Shown here: positions 17,107 to 24,681 of the stretch, in pieces
How positions within the stretch are numbered: position 1 is the first letter of the stretch
How the letters are laid out: the number at the start of each line of letters is the position of its first letter
Source of the DNA: Acidobacteriota bacterium
Lineage (GTDB): Bacteria > Acidobacteriota > Vicinamibacteria > Vicinamibacterales > CAVVIG01
DNA: 64,000 nucleotides
Reading direction: 5' to 3'
Assembly (NCBI GenBank): GCA_018268955.1
Contig: JAFDVO010000008.1
Location: 22,988 to 86,987, forward strand
Made by a program: the position numbers and the translations under genes
Notes under the pieces: generated by a model
The model's input: the letters and a program-made list of their open reading frames with translations, nothing else
What the model was told of the DNA's origin: nothing
Databases searched by the model: none

Positions 17107-18009
17107 TCAGCGAGCGGAGGAGAGTGTCCTGAGGAACGCCACGAGGTCCCGCTTGTCCTCGTCAGGGAGATCCAGGCGCTGCATGTCGCGATCGAGGTTC
17201 GGGTTCGGACGGCCGCCGCGGTCGTAGTAGTCGACGACCTCTTCGAGCGTCGCGAGGGATCCGTCGTGCATGTAAGGCGCTGTCCTGCCGACCTCTCGCA
17301 GCGTCGGTGTCTTGAACGCGCCGCGGTCTTCAGGCTTGCCCGTCACCTCGAATGCCCCGTCATCGACAAAGCGGCCCGACGCTCCTGCCTCGGACGAGGC
17401 GGGCACCCACGCGATGCCGGTATTGTGCAGCTTCTCGTCCGTGAAGTTCGTGCCGACGTGGCACATCAGGCAGTTGCCGCGTCCCTGGAACACGCGCAGG
17501 CCGTTACGTTCCTGTGCTGACAGCGCGCTGCGCTCCCCGTTGTTGAAGCGGTCATAGCGCGTGTCGCCGGACATCTGCGCGCGCACGTAGGTGGCGAGTG
17601 CCGCGGCGATCTTGTCGACAGGCAGTTCCACCCTTTGCGAGGCTTCTTCAAGAGTGAGATCCATCTCGTTTGGATCCTGAATGGGCATCAGGACCTGCTG
17701 TTCGAGCGTCGCAGCGCGCCCATCCCAGAAGAACACGCGTCCCCACACGCGATTAAGGATCGTCGGCGAGTTGCGTCGACCCTTGCGACCGAATACGCCA
17801 GGGGACACAGCGTCCGGCTTCGTGAACGCGCGCTCCGGATCGTGGCAGGAGGTGCACGCGATCGTGCCGTCTTTCGACAGGCGTGTATCCGCGAAGAGCC
17901 GCCGCCCGAGCTCAATCTTCTCCGGCGTGATCGGATTCGCTTCAGGGACCGGCAGCGTGGTGCCGAGGCCGAGCGGGATCGCGACTGCGGCGAGTGCCAG
18001 GAGCCTCAC
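17107..18009 (-). CDS. Di-haem cytochrome c peroxidase (CCP/MauG family)
   Basis: 300-aa ORF with a GTG start. Two CxxCH motifs (CTSCHDPERAF and CLMCHVG), a signal peptide, and the conserved tail PYMHDGSLATLEEVVDYY. Confidence 0.9.
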   Translation of the reverse strand: MRLLALAAVAIPLGLGTTLPVPEANPITPEKIELGRRLFADTRLSKDGTIACTSCHDPERAFTKPDAVSPGVFGRKGRRNSPTILNRVWGRVFFWDGRAATLEQQVLMPIQDPNEMDLTLEEASQRVELPVDKIAAALATYVRAQMSGDTRYDRFNNGERSALSAQERNGLRVFQGRGNCLMCHVGTNFTDEKLHNTGIAWVPASSEAGASGRFVDDGAFEVTGKPEDRGAFKTPTLREVGRTAPYMHDGSLATLEEVVDYYDRGGRPNPNLDRDMQRLDLPDEDKRDLVAFLRTLSSAR

Positions 18010-18034
18010 GAGGGGATCTTACGCCGCGGGCAGA

Positions 18035-18285
18035 GGCTCCAGGCTCCGGACTTCGGGCTCCGGTCGTTGTCGGCTGCGGGCAAGGATCGGCAGGCAGGGG
18101 GAGGGCGGGGCAGGCAGGCGGTCAGGGCTGGTGGGGCTGGTGGGGCTGGTGGGACTGATGCGGGCTTCAGGCTCCAGACCTCGGGCTTCAGGCCGGTCGG
18201 CTTCAGGCCGGACACCACGAGTGTCGCAGCCGGAAGCCGACAAGGCCGAGAGCCTGTAGCCTGGAGCCCAGAGCCTGAAGTTCGG
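18035..18285. repeat. Composite array: heptamers, three perfect 9-mers, then inverted GGCTTCA/TGAAGCC arms
   Basis: Heptamers from 18035: ggctcca ggctccg gacttcg ggctccg. GGCTGGTGG occurs three times at 18126-18152. Then gggcttcaggctccagacctcgggcttcaggccggtcggcttcaggccgg faces ccggaagccgacaaggccgagagcctgtagcctggagcccagagcctgaag. Confidence 0.7.
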
Positions 18286-18290
18286 TGCGC

Positions 18291-21200
18291 TTAGAAGTCC
18301 AATTGCGCACCGAACTTGACGAGTCGTCCCTGCAGGATGCTGGTGGGCGTCCGCCAGTTCGGGCCGACGGTGTTGTTCTGCGTCAGGATCGCGCTGCTGT
18401 TCAGCAGGTTGTACACGTCCATCGACGCGGAGAGGCGGCGGCTGCCGAACCGGAAGTTCTTGCCGACGCGCACGTCAATCTGCGTGAAGCGATCCCCATA
18501 CAGCGTGCCCGGCGCAATGAGGCCGGTCGTTGCCGAGCCGGCCGAGAGCGGCCGACCCAGGTTCTGCGCGAGCGCACTGGTGACCGTGTAGGTCGCGAGG
18601 ATCTGCGGACCGGGCCGGTTCTGGACCGTGCCGCTTGCAGTGAGGCCCCACCAGGGCAGCGGGTAGCTGACGAGCCCCTTCACATCCGGCTGGTACGGCG
18701 GCGCCACACGGCAGTAGAGCGTGCTCGGGGTACCTGCTGCGCCGGTCGAGCCGTACGTCGGCGCAAGCGTCCCGGCCGTGGAGGCGGCCACGCCGGCCAC
18801 GGCTGCGTAGGTGACGCTGACCTTGTCGGCCACATCGCAGATGTCGGTCACTTCGTGGCCGATGCTGACGCCGCCAGACGCCATGCCCCCGCGCGGCAGG
18901 CGCGCGTTCATGTTCAGGTCATAGCCGGTGTACACGTCGCTCACCTTCCCGAAGTTGCTCGCCTTCTGCACGACGAAGAACGGCACCGTCGTCGAGAAGG
19001 AGGGGTTCAGGTCGACGAAGCCGCAGACCTGCTGCCCGGCGTTGGGCAGGGTGAAGCCCGAGGTGGACGCTGGTCCGGTCGGCGCCGTCACGCAGAACTG
19101 GTCGTACGCGGAGGGCGGCCGCGACGTGTTCTCGCTCGCGACGAAGTTGCCGAATGTGTGCCGCGTCCACTGGAAGTCCAGGGCCACGCGCGGCAGGACC
19201 TCGTGCTGGAAGCCGAGCGCGAACTCCTGGTCGTTCGGACGCACGCCCCAGCCCTTCGTGATCTCGTCCGCGTAACGGGCGGCGATGTTCAGCGAGCCGA
19301 GCGGTGCGTTCAGCAGCCCGCACTCGCCGTTCGCGGCGGAGTTGTACAGGTTGCAGTCCGGGAAGAAGTTGCCGTTCGCGTCGGTCCAGCTGCGGGTGGC
19401 GCTGTTCACCGAGGTGTTCACCCGGTTGTTCAGCGTGGCCATGTTGGTCGACTCGCTGGCGAGGTACCGCCCCCAGTTGCCGCGCACCACGGTCTTGCCA
19501 TTGCCGAACAGGTCGTAGGTGGCGCCCACGCGCGGCGTGATGTCCTTCCAGTTCGGCACGTTCGAGATCGCCTCGTACTGCCGTGCGCCGACGAAGGGGA
19601 TGGCAGCCAGCGTCTGCGCCGGGACGTACGCGTTGTGGTAATCGAAGCGCACGCCGTAGTTCAGCGTGAGCTTCCCGACGGTCCAGCGGTCCTGCGCGTA
19701 GAGCCCGAGCGCAGACTTCAGCTTCTCGAGGTCGATGAGCGGACGCGCGTACTGGGTGATCGAGGTCGGGATGCCGTTGCGGAACGACCAGGCCTGGGCC
19801 TGGTTCGTGTCGTACGTGTACTGCCGCGTGCCCCACATGTTCTGCACGCCCACCTTGAACGAGTGCGAACCGGTGACGTAGTTGGCTGCCGCGCGGAAGT
19901 TCCACTGGTGGTTGTAGGCGGTCGTGAACACGTTGTTGGCGCCGTAGGTGATGCCGAGCGCCGACTCCGTCTTCGAGATCACCGCCTCCGGACCGTACCC
20001 GTTCACGTTGTACGGCTCGGGGCCGAAGATCCACCGCTCGTTGTAGAAGGTGAAGCCCCCTTCGAAGAGCAGCTTGTTCGTCGCCGGGTTGCTCCAGGTG
20101 CTCTGGAGGATGTACTCGGGACGGTGCGTGAAGTAGAGGCCCGCTTCCGGGGAGACCGTGGCTGCGCAGTTGTTGCAGTCGACCAGCCGCTGGTTGAAGT
20201 GCCCGTAGAAGGTGAGCTTGTGCTTCTGCGCCGCCTGCCACGTGAGGTTCAGGGTTTCACCTCGCGTCCACGTGTCGCCGCCGACCGCCGGCTGCGTCAG
20301 GTCCTGCGAGTTCGGCACCAGGGTCGTCGGATGGGACGCGTCGCCGTAGAGGCAGCCGTTCGGGTTGGCGCAGTACTGCGGCGCGCCCGGACGCAGGTTC
20401 TTGTACATGCCGGCGATGTAGTTCTGTGCGCCCGAATAGCGGAAGCCGCCGTACCACCAGAGGCGGTCCTTGATGATCGGCCCGCCGCCCGCCGGGTTCA
20501 CGTCCCAGATCTTCTTCACGCTGTTCACGCGCGTGAGGCCGATCTTCTTGAGGTCATCGGTCAGGTTGTCGCTCTGCAGACCGCTGTTGCTGAAGTTGCC
20601 GAAGAAGTAGCCGCGGAACGTGTTGCCGCCCTCCTTCGGAATCGTGTTGCTGAGCACACCGCTGGACCGCCACTCGGCCGAGAGCGCGCTGGTCGTGATG
20701 GTCATCTCCTGGACGGTGCCGGTGTTCTGCACGAGCGTCGTGTTGTAGCCGCCGCCCGTGTTGTTCATGTTGTTGTAGGGCATGCCGTTCATCACGAGCG
20801 GCATCTGGTCCGAGCGGCTGCCGTGGACCGAGAGCGTCTGGTACCGCTCACCACCGGTGCCGCCGACGTCCTGGCTGCCGAGTGCGATGCTGACGCCCGG
20901 CACCAGCACGCTGAGGCTCTGGAAGCTGCGGCCGGTGGGAATCGCGTCGATCAGATCGCTCGTGAGCGACTTCCGCTGCTGCACGCTCTGGGTGTCGATG
21001 AGCGGACTCTGGCCGGACACGGTGATCGTTTCCTCGAGGCCGCCGACCTTCAGGTCGGCGTTCACGGTTGCCGTGAAGCCGCCAGTTAGTTCGATGCCTT
21101 CACGCTTCACCGTGCTGAAGCCGGTCAGCGTGAACGTGACGCTGTAGGTGCCGGGGCGCAGGTCGATGATGCTGTAGCGACCGTCCGCGTCCGTAATCGC

Positions 21201-21380
21201 GGTGCGGGTCTTCTCGATGAGCGCGGGGCTCGCTGCCTCGACCGTGACGCCGGGCATCACGCCGCCGGACGTGTCGCGGACAACGCCAGAGATGCTGCCG
21301 TTCTGCTGCGCGAACGCAGCACCGTGGCTCACGGCCAGGACGGCCAGCGCGAGCAGGCACATCCTCAATGCTTTCCTCAT
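18291..21380 (-). CDS. TonB-dependent-receptor-like outer-membrane protein with N-terminal carboxypeptidase-regulatory-like domain
   Basis: Lies in ORF 18291-21470. ATG 21380 is preceded by GGGAGGAAG. Signal peptide MRKALRMCLLALAVLAVSHGAAFAQ, a CarboxypepD_reg-like block (GSISGVVRDTSGGVMPGVTVEA...DGRYSIIDLRPGTYSVTF) and a C-terminal GAQLDF. Confidence 0.9.
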   Translation of the reverse strand: MRKALRMCLLALAVLAVSHGAAFAQQNGSISGVVRDTSGGVMPGVTVEAASPALIEKTRTAITDADGRYSIIDLRPGTYSVTFTLTGFSTVKREGIELTGGFTATVNADLKVGGLEETITVSGQSPLIDTQSVQQRKSLTSDLIDAIPTGRSFQSLSVLVPGVSIALGSQDVGGTGGERYQTLSVHGSRSDQMPLVMNGMPYNNMNNTGGGYNTTLVQNTGTVQEMTITTSALSAEWRSSGVLSNTIPKEGGNTFRGYFFGNFSNSGLQSDNLTDDLKKIGLTRVNSVKKIWDVNPAGGGPIIKDRLWWYGGFRYSGAQNYIAGMYKNLRPGAPQYCANPNGCLYGDASHPTTLVPNSQDLTQPAVGGDTWTRGETLNLTWQAAQKHKLTFYGHFNQRLVDCNNCAATVSPEAGLYFTHRPEYILQSTWSNPATNKLLFEGGFTFYNERWIFGPEPYNVNGYGPEAVISKTESALGITYGANNVFTTAYNHQWNFRAAANYVTGSHSFKVGVQNMWGTRQYTYDTNQAQAWSFRNGIPTSITQYARPLIDLEKLKSALGLYAQDRWTVGKLTLNYGVRFDYHNAYVPAQTLAAIPFVGARQYEAISNVPNWKDITPRVGATYDLFGNGKTVVRGNWGRYLASESTNMATLNNRVNTSVNSATRSWTDANGNFFPDCNLYNSAANGECGLLNAPLGSLNIAARYADEITKGWGVRPNDQEFALGFQHEVLPRVALDFQWTRHTFGNFVASENTSRPPSAYDQFCVTAPTGPASTSGFTLPNAGQQVCGFVDLNPSFSTTVPFFVVQKASNFGKVSDVYTGYDLNMNARLPRGGMASGGVSIGHEVTDICDVADKVSVTYAAVAGVAASTAGTLAPTYGSTGAAGTPSTLYCRVAPPYQPDVKGLVSYPLPWWGLTASGTVQNRPGPQILATYTVTSALAQNLGRPLSAGSATTGLIAPGTLYGDRFTQIDVRVGKNFRFGSRRLSASMDVYNLLNSSAILTQNNTVGPNWRTPTSILQGRLVKFGAQLDF

Positions 21381-21500
21381 TCTTCCTCCCAGGGAATGGT
21401 GGTGCACTGAAACAAGCGCACGGATGTTTGCACACGGCACGATCGGTCGCAACGACAAGTTGCGACACATCTGTCGCTGCGCGCGTCACTCTCCGTAGAA

Positions 21501-21740
21501 TTGGATGCGATGGCGGGCGACCGATCGGAGGGGCTGCGGATCTGGCGGCTTCGCAAGCGGCAGTTGTATGTGGACGCCGAACTGCGGCCAGCACCAGACA
21601 CAGGGGAATGGGACCTGCTGGTCTACTACGGGACGACGCTCACATCGTCGAAGCGCTTCGCCACGCGGAACGAGGCGGTCGACGAGGGGCGTGCGCGAAG
21701 GGCGGAGCTGGAGCGGGAGGGGTGGACGTTCCACTGGTAA
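21501..21740 (+). CDS. Small hypothetical protein (79 aa, or 76 aa from ATG 21510)
   Basis: The ORF has a high third-position G+C pattern consistent with coding. No family recognised. It ends ...LEREGWTFHW. The start codon is uncertain (TTG 21501 or ATG 21510). Confidence 0.5.
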   Translation: MDAMAGDRSEGLRIWRLRKRQLYVDAELRPAPDTGEWDLLVYYGTTLTSSKRFATRNEAVDEGRARRAELEREGWTFHW

Positions 21741-21766
21741 CGCACATTAGAGCAGTGTGCGTTACC
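21736..21766 (+). terminator. 11-bp perfect hairpin overlapping the stop codon of the small ORF
   Basis: ggtaacgcaca (21736-21746) pairs with tgtgcgttacc (21756-21766) around a 9-nt loop. There is no U-tract, so terminator function is only a guess. Confidence 0.4.
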
Positions 21767-21784
21767 AATGAAGCGTCCGAGAGA

Positions 21785-21875
21785 GGCTACAGACTGCTGG
21801 CTCCAGGCTCCGGGCCGAGTCGGCTCCGGCCTGAAGCCGACCAACCCTGAAGCCCGGAGCCCGAAGCCTGGAGCC
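21785..21875. repeat. Thirteen in-phase heptamers, mirror-symmetric between two convergent genes
   Basis: Units are ggctaca gactgct ggctcca ggctccg ggccgag tcggctc cggcctg aagccga ccaaccc tgaagcc cggagcc cgaagcc tggagcc. Positions 21799-21814 pair with 21860-21875 (16 bp, 1 mismatch). The array ends 1 nt from the stop at 21877. Confidence 0.85.
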
Positions 21876-21876
21876 T

Positions 21877-23049
21877 CTACGCGATCGTGATCTTCCTGGG
21901 GAACTGTCCGTTGTCCTCGAGGAACGTCTTCTTGTTCGCGAGGTCTGCGGCGGTCGGCTGCACGACGCCGTTGGTGTCCGTGACGCGCGAGACGAGCGTG
22001 TGCTCACCGGCAGCGGGGGTGTTCCAGTCGAACGTGAACAGCTTCCATCCGTAGGTGGCCGACGTGTCCGGCGAGAGCGTCGCCTTCTGCCAGGCTCCAC
22101 CGTCGACCTGCACCTCCACCGAGCGGATCGGTGTGCCGTCGTTCAGGACGAAGCCCGTGACCTTGTAGTTCTTGTTGCCGGAGGTGGTCACGCGTGCAAT
22201 CACCGACTTGAGCCGCATCTTCGAGACGCCGGTCTCCTTCGGCATCACGACGCCGCCGATGTTCTCCTCGCGCAGCGTGCGATACCAGCGCGTCTGGAAC
22301 TTGCCCATGTAGGGCTCGGCCTGCACGTGGATGTTGGACAGCCACTTCACGTTCGCGACGCCGTACCACCCCGGCACCAGCAGCCGGAGCGGCGAGCCCT
22401 GGTGGACCGTGAGCGGCTGGCCGTTGAGGGCCCAGGCGAGGAACGGCTCGCCCGACAGCGCCTGCTCACGCGTGAGGCTGCGGCCGAACTGCTGCTCGAC
22501 CGTGAACTTCTGGGTGCGCCACTCGATCTCTTCCTGTCCCTTGTCCGCGCCGAAGAAGACGAACTCTCGCGCGTCGCGCGAGACGCCTGCCTGATCGAGG
22601 ACGAGCCGCAGCGGGATGCCGGTCCACTTGCCGTTGCCCGCAAACCCCTGCACCAGCCGCGGGCTGTTGCCCGAGCACTCGAAGCCGGCGATCAGCTCGC
22701 GGTTGCCCATCTTCTTCAGATCGTCGAGCGACAGCGAGAGCGGCGAGGTCACCATGCCGCTGACCTTCAGGCGCCAGCTGGCGGCATCTACCGTGGGATG
22801 ACCGTAATGCTGCGTCGTGAAGAACTGATCGGGCGGCGTGTACGGGCCGTCGATCTTCCGGATGTCGTAGTTCCGGGTCGTGGCGTTCGGATTCGGGTTG
22901 AAGTTGGCAGGGAAGTCGCTGAAGGGCACCACGGTCTCGCCCTGCGCCAGCGCGGGGAGCGTGAACCCGGGGAGGTTGGCCACCGACAGGCCGATGCCGG
23001 CAAGGCCGAGCGTCTTCAGGATGTCGCGGCGCGACTGTGCAGGGGCCAT
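21877..23049 (-). CDS. Tat-exported molybdopterin-dependent oxidoreductase (sulfite-oxidase family)
   Basis: 390-aa ORF with the twin-arginine signal MAPAQSRRDILKTLGLAGIGL, GGAGGA upstream of the ATG, and Mo-binding plus dimerisation-domain-like sequence. Confidence 0.85.
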   Translation of the reverse strand: MAPAQSRRDILKTLGLAGIGLSVANLPGFTLPALAQGETVVPFSDFPANFNPNPNATTRNYDIRKIDGPYTPPDQFFTTQHYGHPTVDAASWRLKVSGMVTSPLSLSLDDLKKMGNRELIAGFECSGNSPRLVQGFAGNGKWTGIPLRLVLDQAGVSRDAREFVFFGADKGQEEIEWRTQKFTVEQQFGRSLTREQALSGEPFLAWALNGQPLTVHQGSPLRLLVPGWYGVANVKWLSNIHVQAEPYMGKFQTRWYRTLREENIGGVVMPKETGVSKMRLKSVIARVTTSGNKNYKVTGFVLNDGTPIRSVEVQVDGGAWQKATLSPDTSATYGWKLFTFDWNTPAAGEHTLVSRVTDTNGVVQPTAADLANKKTFLEDNGQFPRKITIA

Positions 23050-23164
23050 CGTTCGAAGATCCTCCAGGACCGCGTGTGCGGGTGCGTCCGTCCCTCATGG
23101 ACGTGAACGTCCGCGCGGATTCTAGCACGTCAGCACCGGAGCGCCGGACGGCCCCTCTGGTGGG

Positions 23165-23812
23165 CTACGGACGTGCGGACGTGACCGGCGCCTGGCAGTC
23201 GCGATCCCGGTTGACGCGAATGGGCCACCAGCGATCGAAGCCGTTCTCGGTGGCGCCGATCACCAGCACCGGCGAGATCAGCGCCGGGTCGTACTCGCCG
23301 ATGCCGGCCTGCTCCGGATGCTCGGGGATCAGGCTGACCCGCAACTGGTTGAACCCGGCCGACTCGAACGGCACGAAGTACAGGTCGGCTCGTCCCTCGG
23401 CGCCGTCCACCGTCTGGTGCGCCAGGCAGACCGGCTCGAACGCCTTGCCGCCGTCGAGCGCCGCATCCGCTGCCATGCGGTGGATCGAGTCCACGCCAAA
23501 GGCGCCCTGCAGCGCCTCATCGAATTCCGAGCGCAGGACGAGCGGGATTGCCGGGTGTGCAGGGGCGACGAGCGCGGCGCCCGCCCGCCTGGATACCTCG
23601 GCAAACAGCGAGGCGGTCAGCGTGTCCGGCGGCTTCACCGCGACAATCCACGGGTCGGTCCCATCACTCGTCACGAGCGTCCACCGCTCCGGCACCGTGG
23701 GTGCCACCTGCACCGGTGTCGAATCGACGCGATGGGTCACGTACCACGCGAGTGCGCCCCCGATGACGACGAGCAGCAGCAGGATGGGCAGGGCACGGCG
23801 CGCCAGGGACAT
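23165..23812 (-). CDS. Hypothetical membrane-anchored protein
   Basis: 215-aa ORF with one N-terminal helix (ALPILLLLVVIGGALAWYV). No family recognised. Confidence 0.6.
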   Translation of the reverse strand: MSLARRALPILLLLVVIGGALAWYVTHRVDSTPVQVAPTVPERWTLVTSDGTDPWIVAVKPPDTLTASLFAEVSRRAGAALVAPAHPAIPLVLRSEFDEALQGAFGVDSIHRMAADAALDGGKAFEPVCLAHQTVDGAEGRADLYFVPFESAGFNQLRVSLIPEHPEQAGIGEYDPALISPVLVIGATENGFDRWWPIRVNRDRDCQAPVTSARP

Positions 23813-23836
23813 GCCTCAATGCTACGGAGTAACGGG

Positions 23837-23948
23837 GAAATGCAGAAATGCACAAATGCAGAAATGCACAGGTGCAGAAACGCACAGACGCAGAAGCGCA
23901 CAGACGCAGAAACGCACGACCGCTGAAGTGCACACATGCGGAAGCGCC
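23837..23948. repeat. Fourteen in-phase octamers (GAAAYGCA/CAnAYGCA), alternating with a 16-nt super-period
   Basis: Units are gaaatgca gaaatgca caaatgca gaaatgca caggtgca gaaacgca cagacgca gaagcgca cagacgca gaaacgca cgaccgct gaagtgca cacatgcg gaagcgcc. Confidence 0.85.
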
Positions 23949-23976
23949 CGGCCCCGGAGACGATGGCGGAGACGCT

Positions 23977-24075
23977 GGAATGCAGGAAGGATGGAGGGGG
24001 AGATTGGAGGGTGGAGGTTGGGGTTGGAGTGGGGAACACCGGCTCCCTGCCCCGACCTCAGACCTCCGTCCTCTG
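23977..24075. repeat. G-rich TGGAGGN heptamers facing a C-rich partner (GACCTCN)
   Basis: G-rich side: ggaatgc aggaagg atggagg gggagat tggaggg tggaggt tggggtt ggagtgg. C-rich side: ccctgccccgacctcagacctccgtcctctgcc. The two sides are imperfectly complementary. Confidence 0.65.
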
Positions 24076-24096
24076 CCTTCGCTCGTGCCGCGAGCG

Positions 24097-24300
24097 CTAC
24101 TTCTTGATCTTCTCGCCGATGTCCTCGATGAACTCACCGGCCTTGCGACGGCCGCGGCCGATCGCATCCTGCGTGTCACCGGCGGCTTCATCGGCAATGC
24201 CTTCGTTCTTCATCCGCTCGTTGTCCGTCAGATCGCCCGCGGCCTGCTTCATCTTGCCCTTGAGCGCCTGTGCCTTGCCTTCCATCTCATCGCGGTTCAT
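24097..24300 (-). CDS. CsbD-family general stress protein
   Basis: 67 aa: MNRDEMEGKAQALKGKMKQAAGDLTDNERMKNEGIADEAAGDTQDAIGRGRRKAGEFIEDIGEKIKK. This is the typical CsbD pattern. GGAGGGG lies upstream. Confidence 0.9.
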   Translation of the reverse strand: MNRDEMEGKAQALKGKMKQAAGDLTDNERMKNEGIADEAAGDTQDAIGRGRRKAGEFIEDIGEKIKK

Positions 24301-24331
24301 GGCCCCTCCAATCCTGAATGGCAGCTGATGG

Positions 24332-24484
24332 CTAGACGACCGTCCTGCGTCCGCTGATGATGCCCACCAGGAACAGCACCAGCGCGATGACGAGCAGGAC
24401 GTGCACGATCGAACCGATCGTGTAGACGCCGACGAGCCCGAGCAGCCACGCGACGAAGAGAATCAGCGCGAGTGTGAACAACAT
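24332..24484 (-). CDS. lmo0937-family small membrane protein (50 aa); below the ORF-track size cutoff
   Basis: My own translation is MLFTLALILFVAWLLGLVGVYTIGSIVHVLLVIALVLFLVGIISGRRTVV*. A strong SD (GAGGAGGTAGAAGGAG) lies upstream. Two helices and a GRR tail are typical of this miniprotein family. Confidence 0.75.
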   Translation of the reverse strand: MLFTLALILFVAWLLGLVGVYTIGSIVHVLLVIALVLFLVGIISGRRTVV

Positions 24485-24681
24485 TGCTCCTTCTACCTCC
24501 TCATGCGGCGGCGTTCGGCCGTCGCGTTCAACGCTGAGGAGAACAGCAAAGGACGGGCCGGTCTTTACGGTTCAGCCACGAACTCGACAATGGGCAATTG
24601 ACGCCGAAATCGCAATGGTCCTGCTAAAGTGAAGAGCTCGTCAGGCCGACCTGCTTCACTCCTTGTTCACGCAGTCCTCAG

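Noticed and set aside
18285-21089. A 934-aa ORF on the plus strand.
   Set aside because: It is antisense to the TonB-like receptor gene. Its translation is Arg/Ala/Val/Gly-rich low-information sequence typical of the opposite frame in GC-rich DNA. The minus-strand product has a signal peptide and recognisable domains.
23837-23948. Possible CRISPR array (also considered for 29445-29538, 54250-54340 and 58517-58588).
   Set aside because: The units are only 7-8 nt and directly abut each other with no spacers. No cas genes or leader are in the window.
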